Positions 14,265 through 29,000 of a stretch of DNA of 64,000 nt are shown here, one piece after another. Positions within the stretch are counted from its first letter, which is position 1; each line of letters begins with the position of its first letter. The notes under the pieces were generated by a model. That model was not told where the DNA came from. It saw only the letters and a program-made list of their open reading frames with translations, and did not search any database. Origin of the DNA: Octopus sinensis (lineage: Eukaryota); NCBI RefSeq assembly GCF_006345805.1, contig NC_043015.1, positions 15,872,001-15,936,000 of the forward strand, read 5' to 3'. The position numbers were made by a program, and so were the translations under genes.

Positions 14265-17200
14265 ACACACACAAGACAAATGAACAAATACATTCATGCC
14301 TGCTTGCAATCAGATAAGAAAGCTACAATTATAAACAAAAATTCACATTATACATAATATAACAATACCTTGACAAATCAAATTACTCATATTGTAAGCA
14401 GACTACATTTCATTTCATATTATCACTTAATGAGAAAATTGTCTTTCACCTGAATGACATCAGCTTTCTAACAATCATTGGAATATATATTCATATTCAT
14501 AAAATTCATGAAAGAATTGATAAAAATTTCCTACCTTTTGGTCCAGGTAATCCTGCAAAACCAGATGGACCTCTAGGGCCAGGTAATCCAGGTAATCCAT
14601 CATCACCTTGTTTACCTGGTGGACCTCTTCCATAAGATTGTCCAGGCTCTCCCTTTGAAAAGAAGATAACACAAGTAAATTTAAAGCTGTATACTTTTTC
14701 AAAAATGTTTACATATCTTCGAAGCTGTATTTCCAGTGAGGGTGATGTATAAGTTGAAGCTAAGACCAGGATAAATAAAGCAACATCAGTATTCTAACAC
14801 TAACTAATATAAAGATTAAAGACTATCAGTAAGAAGACATAATACTACAGCTATACTCAACTATTGTTATATAAACAGCCATTTATACCTCTGAAACCTG
14901 GAACAAGACTGTGAAGATCTCTCCATTGCTGCACATATTTTATCGATGCTGCCCACATTCAATTCTGGGCATCTCTTATTGAGTCAGGGTGAAAAGTGAT
15001 GAAGAGCTGGCATGGGAAATTTGAAGGATGTGGGGACGATGTAACAGATAAGATTTACTGGCCATGAGCTTTAATTACTGCAGGAGAAACATGTTACCAT
15101 CATGATGAAGTGGACACCAGAAAGAGGAAAAAATTCTGAGTGGAAGACCAAAGAATACATGGTACAGTATGTTCCAGAATAACATGATAGTGATAGGAGT
15201 CAGCCCAAGTAAAGCTAAGAGGAAAGCAAGCAATCAGAATGTCTGGAGACAGCTTGCTGCCCATTCTGCTGACAGCATTGGAAGATCTAAGAGCCAAAGA
15301 GAGGATGTTTTCAACATTATTGTTTACTGATTAGTAAACCACTGCTTTGGAACATTTAAAGCTCAGTCTTACAGTGGTCCTCTGTAGGTAGAAGAGGTAA
15401 GTAAAAACATCTGACACAATATGAAATATTCAATAAAAACAGAGAATATCTTGTACAAGTATCAAAATATTGAATATTTGTAGAAAAGGATGATATACAG
15501 GAATGCTGTGCAATTGAGAAGCTCACTATGCAATTGTGTGTCCTTGAGTTCAGTTCCAGTGTATGGCATCTTGGGCTTCTACTGTTGCCTCAGGCCAACT
15601 AAAGCCTTGTGAGGGCATTTGGTAGAAGGAAATTGTAGGGCCTTGGGTTGGTAGTTCCAGAATTTTGAAGAGTGTTGAATCATCCCTAAGCTATTACTGT
15701 TCCTGGGTCAACTGCGACCTGGAATAGTAGCACCTGTCAGAGTTCCAGCTTTGGGTTAATCACAGCAAGTCAGCCAAGTAGAAGGTGCTCATTAACCTGG
15801 TGGGGTGGGGGCCTATTTAGGTGAAGGAAAACTCTTGTTCCAAACTTCAGCAGCCTTATAGCCATAACCAGCCATTGGTAGGCTTTAGAAATAGACTCTG
15901 AGGAAAAATTGGGAGTTGGAGTCCCTGAAGCAATTTGACAGTGTCTACAACCTCATCATGTTAACTCTTGTGACAATATTGGTGCCAAATTGTAATAGCT
16001 ACACTGTACTTTTAGATCCATCAGTGATGTGAAGAGGGGGACATGATTCATAGGCAAAAATCTGTTCTCTATATATATACTTACTAAGCTTGGATCCTGT
16101 CAAATACTGTGTACTGGAAAGGCTGAACCAGACAACACACCTGAAAGGACACTCTGATCCAACAGCACTGGGATAGCTTACAAGTGCATCTTGTGTGGCA
16201 GAGACTGTCATCCATGCATCAGAGTGTTCAGCAACAGACAATACTGTTCCAGTATGGCAAGCAACTTAGACCATCATCCATGGTATTAATAAGAGACAGA
16301 AGCCTCACATGTGTGTGTGTGTTTGTTCTGCACTGTTTGACAATAAGTGTTGGTTTGTTTACATTCTAATAACTAAGCAGTTTGGCTAAAGAAACTGACA
16401 GAATAAGTATCAAACTTTCAAAACAGAATATAAGTACAGTCTTCAAGCTAGTGCACCAGCATGACAACAGCCCAATGACTAAATCAAGTAAAATATAAGA
16501 GATGAGAAATCGAGGGTTGTTTTAAAGAGAAAAAAGAATGATGAAAGAAAATTTTCTGGTTGAGATATACTTAGATGAATAATGTGATGATAAACAACAA
16601 ACTAACAAAATATATTGCAAATGGTTATAAAATTTATCAGTGGTCAAAACCAATAAATAAATTTAGCAGGAAATATAGAGCCAATGAACACTACATACTA
16701 AATGTAAAGAGGTTTGACAGCAGATTGTCATCAAAACAGAAGTAGTGTCATAGTTTTTATCTTTTACTTGTTCCAGTCATTGGGGCACTGCCTTATTGTT
16801 AGTTATTTTAAAACTAAATAATACACACTATTAATTTGACACATTCTAACTTGTGAAAACATAGGAGTGATTTTCAAGACATAATGTTTAAAGAAAAAAT
16901 TAATTTTGTTTATGAGTCTTTACCAAAACTCTACAAGAAAATAATTTACATAAAAATCAAGATTTCTGCTGAAAATTTGACTCACCTTTGATCCAGGTCT
17001 ACCTATCAAACCAGGTTTCCCTTCCAGTCCAGGGTCTCCTTGAAATCCTTTTGGTCCTGGGCTACCCATCATTCCTGGATAGCCTTCAGTTCCCCCTTCA
17101 CCTCTTGTGCCATCAATTCCATTGATACCACTATCTCCAGGTTCACCAACTGCACCAGGGAAGCCTGGCCGACCCTCAGAGCCCGGACGACCATCAAGAC

Positions 17201-17503
17201 CTGCAAAGAAAACAATGATATAAAGTAATGCTGCCAAAATTAAACTATTTGTAAGATGGTCTTAGAAAGTATGTACAATACATAAAAGAATTTTAAAAAT
17301 ACAGGTAATTCACTTTCAAAGAAGTAACAATGACATACCTGGTTCTCCAGGTAATCCATCAATTCCAGGATGGCCTCTGTCTCCATTAACAACGTCAAAG
17401 AAAGATAAATCTCCTGGTTCACCTATAAAAATTGAATGAATACAACGATCATTCATTAATTCCTAATATATATGTATAAATACATACACACACAAACACA
17501 CAT

Positions 17504-17574
<71 letters not shown>

Positions 17575-17724
17575 CTGCTCACTTTAGCCAGCGGGGTGGC
17601 ATCATTGAAGGCTAAAACAATGTGAAGCACTTTGTGACCAGCGATGTGTAGCAACATCTGATGGCTTGGTCGGTCACCTGATTACGTGATCACATACAAA
17701 TATATATATATGTCTATCTATCTA

Positions 17725-17759
<35 letters not shown>

Positions 17760-18434
17760 TTCAAATTTACAGAAAACAAAAGATGAAGACAGCTGAGGAA
17801 ACTACAAGCATGTGTATTAAGTATGATGCTCTCTATTATTTTTAAATGTTTCTATACATATGAGATGACCTCCATCCATACTTGTACATGCATATGTTTC
17901 TTCTCCTAACTTGTGTTTCTTTCTTTCTTCCTGTTTCAGCTGGACAGGGAAGACGTATTGTTCTCTGTCTCCTATCCAGACATGTTTCTTCACATTCACC
18001 ACTACAACCTCGTTAAGGTTTAGCAGCCCTTCCTGTTTGTTTTCACTTTCCTGTTTTTGTCACCAATCTTGACTCTCTGCAAGATCGCAAATTTTATTCA
18101 ATTTGCTTTGCAGGAGCAACTGTTTTATCAAAGGTAAAACTTGTCATGAATTGCTTGAAATACGGATTAGAAAAACAGCGAACAACTGATGAAGGGTCGT
18201 TCCTTGTGTTGCTTGTTTTGTTTTCCATTTATTTCTTTTGTTGCTTGCAAAAAAAGTCCTTATTCCATGTCCTCATACTTCGTATGTATTGTTGTTTATG
18301 TTTTGTGACGTCCTGTGCCCACACATGTATATAAGTATACATGTAAGTATGTACATATACGTATGTATATATGCATATATATATATTATTTATATTATTA
18401 TATGATTGAATTCCACACATCCTTTTCCAAGTAA

Positions 18435-18472
<38 letters not shown>

Positions 18473-21400
18473 CTTAAGTATTGCAATAAAGCTATAAGGT
18501 GTTACTCAGGCACTCAACTATGAGCTCACTGCATTGAACCATTCAACTCATGCCAGCACCTATGATGATGATGATGATGATGATGATGATACCTTTTTGT
18601 CCAGCAATGCCAAAGGCAGGAAAACCTGGCAAACCACGTTCTCCTTTATCACCAGGCAAACCACCATAAGACTCTCCAGGAAGACCATCTAAACCAGGCA
18701 GACCAGGCGAACCTGGTAGACCATCCAGACCATCAATTCCAATACGTCCAGGGACTCCCTAATCATAAGATAAAATTTTGTTGCAACAGTTTAAGTAACC
18801 AGCACAAAGTAGACTGTCTTTTATTATTTTAAGTTTATTAAAGTAACTTTTGAAATGAACAGACAAAAAGAATCGAAGTCACATGTTAGAAGCAAACTAC
18901 AGATAAATGTAAATTGCAAAATAGTTAGAGAAATTGTTCCACAATTACAACAGATTTTTATTTCAGACATGAACAGGAAGGTAAATTTATAAAATCAAAC
19001 CATATACCAACTGAGGGTTTAAACATATTAAGTAAGGTAAAAAATGTAAAAGATATGAAAAATACTGATAAAATCTGTTTTTATGCTACCATATTGTTCT
19101 CAACTTTTAGTTTAATCTGAAGAAATCTTTTACTTGGAATATCTCATCAATTCTTCAAACATGTTTTATTTTATAAAATCTTTTAAAAAAGAATCAAAGA
19201 AGACTAGCTGAGTTTAGAAAAAACTGTAAGACTTACTGTATATAAATGAAGTAAATTAGGTAATTCAATTACATTTTTAGAGAAAATAAGGTATTGCATG
19301 CCTTGGGAGAAAAAGGCTCAATTTGGGACTTCGTTTCAATGTTTTAAACTGGTAGAATCAAAAAAAACTTTTATTCTCTCTATTATTATTTTATTGCTCT
19401 ATAAAATGATTAAACCTACACTGAGTTAAGTATTTAGATCAAATAAAAAAAATGTTTAAAATATTTCACATGAAAAATATTAAAAATTAGGAAATATAGC
19501 TTGTTAGAAGCAAAAATAATAAAATAAAGATGTAGGAGCAATGATTGAATCAGGTGATATATTAAATACATATCCAGATCAAATGTGAGCTGAAAGCAAC
19601 AACTTAAATGCTTTTAAACTTCATAATAAATGTTACATTGAGGAGTAAATACACTCTGTTTAGAGTCATTCATAAATTAAGTTGTATATCAAATACCTAA
19701 TTTAATTCAAGAATAACACTGAATAGTGCATCTACTTTGCAATTTAAATTCTGAGAGGAACTATAAAAACATTTAGGAAGTTGCCTTAAATTAACACATT
19801 TGTGAACATGTGGGTATGATTTAAGAAATAGTATTGAGAGAATTATCTCATTATTTTCTTATGAGTAAGTAAGATTATTTGAGCATAGCAGAAGTTAACA
19901 GAATAAATTAAAGTATATTAATGATACTCAAACCATTAACTCCAAACACATAAAAGGTAAAAACCAGGACTTGATCATAAGTGGATGAAACTAAGTGCTG
20001 TAAGACATTCCTTCTGGTGTTCTATCATTTATGGCTACTCATAATTTCCCATTACATACTTATTATTCATAATATTAGTAATACTTCTTGAAAAACAAAA
20101 TAAAAGTGTAATAACCGTTTCTCCTGGATATCCAGCAGGGCCTGATCGACCTCTAAAGCCAACATCTCCAGATTTTCCACTTTGGCCATAAGCTCCAGGA
20201 ATTCCAACATCACCAGGTGCACCTTTACTTCCTTTTACATAGACATAATCACCTTTTTCTCCTTTTCTTCCTTGTAAACCTAGTGGGCCTGGGAATCCTC
20301 TTGAACCCTAAGTATGAGAAAAGAAAGGCTCTCAGAAATATATTTGAACTAAAGAACAGAACAACAAATTTCTTTTAATCTCAAATCTATCATAATAGAA
20401 ATAAAGAAATTTTTTCATGTATTTTTAATTGAAAACAGTTTTTTGTAAGTATATTGAATAAAACTGAAAATAATGATTACATTCCATAATTTGTAATATT
20501 TCACCAGGTAAATTTGTAAATATTTACCTTCGTACCAGGAGATCCAGGTAAGCCAGGAATACCAGAATATCCCTTCTCTCCTGTTATTCCTGGAAGACCA
20601 TCAGGCCCATCAAAACCAGGACGACCTGCAAAAGAGAAAATATTTGATTATTTGAAAGGAAATTAAATCATTCCTATAATATCCAGAACATACCAGCCTA
20701 GAAATGGCTGGATCTAATTGTATAATTAGATAATTTTCTTGCAGACCTAAGGACAGAACTTGTCTCAATAAATAAACATTATTATAATTTTAAATACCCC
20801 ATTCATTTAACTATTCATGTACGAATTATTATAACAATGTCAACAATAATATTATTATCAATAAAAGTATCATAAACATAGTTCTGCTACATTAATTCAA
20901 TGTCAAAAAGAACTTTCTATTCTCATTATTGATCGCTAAAATAATTATATCAAATTGATGTAATCAGGTCATTTGTTAATTTAACTGAAAAATATAGTGT
21001 GCTGTACACAATGTAACCACACAGCAACAACCTATCATCCAATGAATAACGTCATTCTTTACTAAATTTCTATTTACATTATAGGTATAACTCAAAATTC
21101 TGAAATAAAGAAGATGCAAATGTATTGGCCACAACAGTGTAATTACTAATAAACAAAACATAAAAGAACACGCAAATTTGTGAAGAAAATTGTTTTTTAG
21201 TATTGAACTACTATCATCAATGAATTATATTCTATTTTCACTTCTTGCATTATTATATATGTGTCTTGTTTCCAGAGATTTTATGCTCTGCTTTGCATTA
21301 TATTTGTTTTTCTCCTCCACTATATATTTTTGTAGTAGTTACAAAAATTTGAGTTTTTTTTATTTTTGTAAAGTGATTCTTTTTCTGAATACTTACTGCT

Positions 21401-24400
21401 TAAACAGAATCCTAATAAATAACATTTATCAGCTCAGAATACATGCAATCAATTTCATTTCCATTTATACTTTGAAAGGGAAAGTTTTAAAGATAATATC
21501 AAGCCATACCGGATCTTCCAGGTACACCAACTTCTCCCTTAACTCCAGGATATCCAGACCTGCAGAATTCACAGTCATCACCACGTTCACCTACGATTCA
21601 GAAAATATAAAAGCAAAAAGTAAATAAACAAGCAATACAGTAAAATATACAATATGAAAAAAACATATTGCTACACAATTACAATATTTGCCTTCTTATA
21701 AATAAATTTTAAATGAGTCTTACCTTTTCCACCATATGTTCCAGGCCAGCCAGGATTTCCAGGAGAACCCCTTTCTCCAAAATCTCCAGAAACACCTTTT
21801 TGACCAACTATTCCTATCTTGGGACCAAATCCATCACCAGGTGGTCCAAAATCACCAAGATCTCCTCGAATACCAGGTGCACCTGGAAGGCCATTTAATC
21901 CATCTCTTCCAGATGAACCAGACTCTCCTGGATTTCCTGGATAGCTATCTCCTACTTCTCCTTTATCTCCAACATAACCAACACTTCCTCGTAGTCCAGG
22001 ACCACCAGGGACTCCATCAGTACCAGGTAAACCTATCAAACACAAAAGCCATTGTAAGATAATATTCTATGACTATAATACATTGTAAGATTTTCCTAAG
22101 CACAGTCTTTTGAAAATAATTTAAACATCAGTATGGGATTCAAATTCCATGGTAAAATCTGATTTATTTGATTTGATTTTCATATAAAAAAGAAAAGTTT
22201 TGAAAGTGTGATCATAGAAGGGAAATGTTCAAAGTTATAAATATAAAAGACTTGAAATTTCAGATAGTGTTTGAGCGGTGATCAAGATAAAGAGAGGTTA
22301 CAACCTTTTACTTACAGCAGTGCTATCATTTACTTAAAGTTAAATTATCTCATTTCATATTAAAACTGAACTATGAATGACTGATAAAAAAACAATCTTT
22401 ATTTATACAAAGGATATTCAATAAGAATACAATTTCTAAATTTTATAAAACAGCTCACTGGAAAACTCTATTAAACTACATTTTGCAATTATCATTAGAA
22501 AGCATTAAATAATGACCATTTTCAGTTATAGGTCTCTTATCTTTTTTTTCTTTTTTTTCTAAACAAAAAATTTTAGATTCAGTCTCAGTGCACATCCTAG
22601 TCCAAAATACATTTTCGTTTCTACACACTAGACTAAATAAAAAGTCCTGTTAAATGCATGAAGTTAATATTCACATGAAAAAGTAATTGTTCATATTTAG
22701 TATTTGTCTTGATTAATCAAATTCATATGTTCAATCAAAAACACTGGTAGCTTCTTATAGTATTCCAAATCACTGTCCTGTTTTGTAGCAATTTGTGTTT
22801 CAAAGGATTACAGCCATATATTCTTAGTATTAATCTTACTTTTATGTCATCTCCATTAATGTTTAAAAAAAAATTGCCCTTTATCTTTTTAACAAACAAT
22901 TTCTACCTACTGAAATATTTCATCAAATATATGATGAAATAAATGATATATTTATGAATTATAAAATACTTTAGAAAGAGTATTTTCTAAACAAATCATT
23001 CATAAAATATGCATTTAGCTGTCTCTATATGATAATGTATTAGATAATCTATATCCCCATAATCCATTCTGTGTACCGAACAGAAATGAAAAAAATATCT
23101 ATACATAATCACAGACATATTCAAAACAAAAGTGAAGTAATGTAATTTTCACCATTATTATATTGTAAACATATGAGATTACATCTCTATGTAAAATTTT
23201 GCTTAAATAGTTTATTATATATTTTGGGGTCCTCAGAATTATTGAAAGTAGCTATCCACATCCTAGGTAGTGAAAAGAAAATTTACCTGGGAAACCACGC
23301 TCGCCCTTAAAGGAAAATCCATGTAATCCTTCAAGACCAGGAGGACCAGGTAGTCCAGGAACTCCAGGCATACCTGGGAAACCAATTTCACCACTGTTTC
23401 CAGTTGGACCTGTTGTGGGAAAATAGAAATACAGTAAATACATACTTCATGAGTTGATATATATTTTATTTAGAAACTGCAAAAGAAAAAAAAGATCAAA
23501 TTAAATGATTTTCTTTTTAAAAAAATAATGTGAAAAGGGTGTTTGGTTTCTTTTTATTTCTTTCTGTTTTCTTTTCTTTATGCATGACTATGCAACATCT
23601 TCACATCGTTCCTTCTACATTTATTTTGACCTGTATTTAGTACTCTTTGCATTCTGTCTTCAAAACATTTTGAAATTAGCATTGAGTTTTTTAATTGAAA
23701 ATTCTTTCATTGTTTCTACCTTGACCATCATCCTCATTGCTACTTCAAATTTACAAAGGTTTTCTTCATTGATGTCCCAACATATAAATCATGCAATTCT
23801 CTGGCTTTATTCTCTTCTATTTTAGTCACTCCTTAATGTAAACTAAATGATTTCTGTTACAGTCTTTGTAACTTCATCCTTGATTCCACCAAAATTACTT
23901 GCAAAGTGAAAGATTATATCTCCCAAAATAGTTCCCACATTGCTAGCTATTACCTCATACCATGCATTGATAATATTTTCCAGGGTATTCTTTATTAAAG
24001 TTCCCCCAAAAGATTAAATGCATATTCTGTTATTAGCATGCTTTTCTCAATAAGCTTTATCATTTACGTTTTAACCATCTGGGACACCACTTGGAAGAAT
24101 TTTACTTGAGTGAATTAACCTAGTATTTAATTTTTATTTTTTGCTAAGCATGATACTTATTCTCTCAGTCTCCTTTGCCGAACAACACTGGTTGTCAAGA
24201 GATGCTAGAGGACAACACAGACACAAAAAAATCACACACACAGTCACATGATGGTTTTTTTTCCAGTTTCCATCTACCAAATCAACTCACAAGGCTTTAG
24301 TCAACCTGAAGCTATAGTAGAAGACATTTTCCCAAAGTGCCATGCAGTAGGACTGAACCTTGAATCATGTAACTATGTGGTTAAGAAACAAACTTCTTAC

Positions 24401-25262
24401 CATACAGCTACACCTGTGCCTATGACAAAGTTTTGCATAAATAGCCGGTCTTGAATATTCTTATCACACTCTGCTCTATGGTTGGAAGTGATATTCAATC
24501 ATAAGAATACAATGTTAGCATTTAAAAAAACTCACCAAGTATAGTTGTGAGCCTAAGGCACTTGAACAAATTTCATAAAATTATAAAACCTAAGTTTTAG
24601 ATTTTAAATATCTCACAACTTTTGGACATAAATTATTTATATTAAAAAAATGTTGTGTTGACAAATATTTTCTATTAGATTTTCAATAAACTTGTAAAAA
24701 AAAAGCTACATGAGTTCTTTAATATCAAATGGATTATGAGATCTAAATGGCTTTTAATTTTACAATAAAGTCCTTTAAAATCTACATAGCTATTGAAAAG
24801 ACTAGCACATAGGGTCTTCAACTAGCTTTGCTTTGAGCACATCTTTTATCAAAGTAAACAAATGCCTTTTATCCTGCCCTTATTCTCAACATTTCAGAGT
24901 CCATGTATCAGTGCATTGTGTGCCACATTCCTTTACTTCTTCAGTTTGGTCACTTCCTATTTCTATTCAGCTTTGTGCTATGTCTATGGATCACATCCAT
25001 TTTGTTTTCATGTAGTTTATTTTAAGGGCTACAGCTATGCCTTGGGTGTCAGCATTGTCTGCAGTTGATCTATCATTTGGCAAGAGTATGATATCATCTG
25101 TGAATTGGAGTTGTATTAGTAGCTCACTGCTGGTGTTCATGTCATCTCACCAAATTCACTGACAAAGAGCTATAGTAGAAGATATTTGGTCAGAGTGTCA
25201 CATAGTGAGATTGAACCTGGAAACATGTTGTTGCAAACTTCATATCACAGACATGCCAGTGC

Positions 25263-25326
<64 letters not shown>

Positions 25327-25965
25327 AGGCGCATGGCTTAGTGGTTAAGGTGATTACAAGATCATGGGTTCAATTCAAGACGTGTGTGTTCTTGAGCAAA
25401 GCACTTCATTTCAAGTTGCTCTGCAGTGATTTCGACATCTGACATGTGACACCCAGTTGCAGCTGTACAGGTAATGTTGATCTGATGGACAGAGTGAGCT
25501 TATGTCTACACAAACATTTGATCACTATAAACAAATCATCTGTGTGGTTGTTCAGTAAAGAATTGTCGAACCCTCATATGTTGTCTAATAATGGGAGAGT
25601 CCGTCATTTTCATACACACACACATGCACTGTATATATATCATCATCATCGTTTAAGGTCCGCTTTCCATGCTGGCATGGGTTGGATGATTTGACTGAGG
25701 ACTGGTGACCCAGATGGCTGCACCAGGCTCCAATCTGATCTGGCAGAGTTTCAACAGCTGGATGCTCTTCCTAATGCCAACCACTCTTAGAGTGTTGTGG
25801 GTGCTTTTACATGCCACCAGCACGGGGGCCAGTCAGGCAGTACTGGCAACAGCCATGCTCAAATGGTGTATTTTACATGCCACCTGCACAGGAGCCAGTC
25901 TAGCGGCACTGGCAACGACCTCGCTCAAATGTTTTTTTCACGTGCCAGTAAGGCGACACTGATAT

Positions 25966-26011
<46 letters not shown>

Positions 26012-29000
26012 ATATATGCAGGAGGATCACTTAATTATGATTTTATTCAACATATTCCTCTCTCAGATTCACATACTTCTTGCAATGGTCCTTAAGTTTT
26101 CCTAGGCCTTGTAAAAGAACTCAGAAGGTTGGGCCCCCAACTACACCATTCACAATACCCTTAAAACCAGGAACTTTTCATCACCCCCACCCCACTCGTA
26201 CAAGATTTTCTCATGTTTACACTGCAATTGGATGATGTATAGAGAGCTTTTGCATATTGATAGATTTATCACAGGATTATAGAAAATAAGTAATTTGAAA
26301 TATGTATATGAAAAAAGTGGAAGAAATATTTATAACTAGAGGGAAAATGGTAAAAAAAAATGAAATAGGAATTGTGTGTAGAATATATTAACTTGTTTAC
26401 CTCTCTTTCCAGGTGGACCATGATATCCACGGGGACCTAGAGGACCACGCACTCCTTTCACAATGATTACTTCTCCTGTCCCCTACAGAATGAATTTTTA
26501 GAAGAAAAAACTTCTCAACATTATAAAGGATTATTAAAATGCTTGAAAATATATTTGAATTGTTACACACAGAAATGTGAAAATCATTAACTTTCAACAT
26601 CATTGTAATGAGAATGGTTTGTTATGAAAATGGGCTGTTGTTGTTATGTCTAAGGTCAGCTCACATTAATCAGACTAATGAATGAGGGCATTCCTTTTTA
26701 ATTAATATCATGCATCTATTGTATCCACCCTTTAAGACAAAATTGTGTGATATAAGGGAGGGCTGGCTGCCATTTCTTGCTGGTTAAGTGACTACAAAGA
26801 GCACCCCACTCACCCACTTAGTATATCATGATAGTTATGTTGTTATTGCCATTATTGTTATTTGACCTTAGGTCAACTTTGATCAAACAGACCTATAATT
26901 AAAAGCATTCCAGCCATGACTTCAACAATCAAACAACACATTATCTAATGTATCTTAACTTCTTTTTAAGACAGTAGAATGTACTTTGAGGGAGATTCAA
27001 TTTTTTTTTAGCAAGCAGATTAATCATGCTGAGGTTTCCCTGTTGACTCATTGTAATAGTGTTAATTGAAGGTGGTGTTTAGATGGATAATTGTTCAATA
27101 AGCTCAATCAAATATAAGCCTGTAATCTCTTCCACAGAGTATCAGTAGAGTAGGGGTTTTTTTTTTGGTTTTTTTTGGTGGGAAGATCTCAAGTGATATT
27201 ACAAATACTTTTACATTGGCTTTGCTGAATGAAATGCAATCAGCATGAGCAGTTGGTTTTTATATATGTACCTTTTACTTGTTTAATTACAATATTCCCA
27301 ATGAAAACTATTACAGACAAAAATGGTGGAAGGAATGTAAAGGCAAAAAAATATATGTGTGAACTTTTTGAATTATAAGAAAAGAAATTTTACCAAATCT
27401 TCATAGTTAAAATAAATCAAGCAGAGCTTGGTGTACTTACAACTTCACCTTTTCGACCAGCCCCACCAGCAAAGCCTTTAGGTCCACGGTAACCTCTTTC
27501 TCCTCTTTCTCCCTGTAAAGGTTGACAAAATATTAGCTTTTAAATATTTAAAGGCAGATAGAAAATGTTTAATGTATTAATAAACTTTCTTAACAAGAAA
27601 GCTTCAGATGTATGGATTAATATTAACTGATACATAAGTTTAAATAATTTTGTCACACTTAAAAGTGTGAAGAATTTCAGAGGATCACTTAGTTTAATAA
27701 ATATAGAAAGAAACACTTGCCTTAAAGCCATCACGTCCTTTAGTACCAGGATAACCTTTATCTCCAGTGAGTCCTTTTGGACCAGCTTCTCCTGGACTTC
27801 CTTCTTTACCTCGTTTGCCCTGTAAAAAATATTTTAGAATGTTTATACTTCATATTTGATGTACCTAAATAAATGTGAATTCAGTACATATTGAAGGAAT
27901 GCATTAAACAGAAGACTCGTTAAAGCTATAAATTTACCTGTGCATTTACTATACTATTTTTCATTAAGGATTCAAAGATCTGTGCAGTCTATTAGACTTA
28001 AAAACAATAATTAAATTGTTTAATTTCTATTCATTTGAAATGTTTTAAATTCAATGTTTTACTGTAGCTAATTTAGAGGTTATTATTTTAGATATTAAAG
28101 TGAGAAACAAATTTGTATTTCCAATTATGAAATACATCTAAAAGGTTTCTTAAACTGATAACATTTACACTTTTGTAAGAATGTAAAAATTAAAGTATTT
28201 AGCATTTAGATTAGGTAGCAATTTGTTCAAAGGTAACTATTCTGCAGGAAATCGTCTTCATATTTGGCAATTTCACAGCCATAACCAAAGAAAAAAGACA
28301 AGAGGATTCTTTAGAAGTTTTAATTGATATTAAAGAAATCAAATTAATTTGCTTACCCTTCTTCCTGGTGGGCCTTGACCACCTGGGAAACCTTTGGGAC
28401 CAGGATAATTATCCAGACCCTGCCGAAAGTAAGAACATGAGACAATTAAGAAAAGAATGGATTTTTGATGAATAAAATCAATTACTAATAAAGATTATAT
28501 AAATCAAAATGTAACAATTTTTTTCTTCTACAAAATTCAAAGTCAGTCAAATTGAGAGAAAAAAAATTAAACATTGATTCTATAATTGTTTAATCAGTAA
28601 GCTGACAAAATATAATTTTGAAAATATATTTGATATAATTTTTTTTTACAGTTGGACATCTTTCTTAATACAGCTAGTTAAGAAATTTTAACAACTAAAT
28701 TTTATCATGCAAAATAACTAGAAAATTACTTTAGAATATCACGAATATAAACAGTTAATTTTATCAATGGTTTTATGATCACCAATGTAAGGTTATTGAA
28801 AAGTGTTCACTGGTATAAGCAGCATCTTTTTAAAATCACATAAATATTGTTGTTGCTATTAATATTAGCTGGACATACATTCTGTAAACTAATGTATTCC
28901 ATAATTTATTCAAAGTTCAGTGTGTCACAGTGCAGAGTTCAAATTCTGTTTGGACTGAGTTCGGTTTTCAAGTCTCCAAATCTTCATAGTCAATAAAATA

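Noticed and set aside
21559-21561. Internal ctgcag acceptor in the CxxC exon
   Set aside because: It gives phase 2, incompatible with the upstream phase-1 donor; the acceptor at 21591 restores frame.
21713-22062. Plus-strand ORFs overlapping collagen exons (also 140..409, 17040..17228)
   Set aside because: Antisense shadows of Gly-X-Y codon periodicity.
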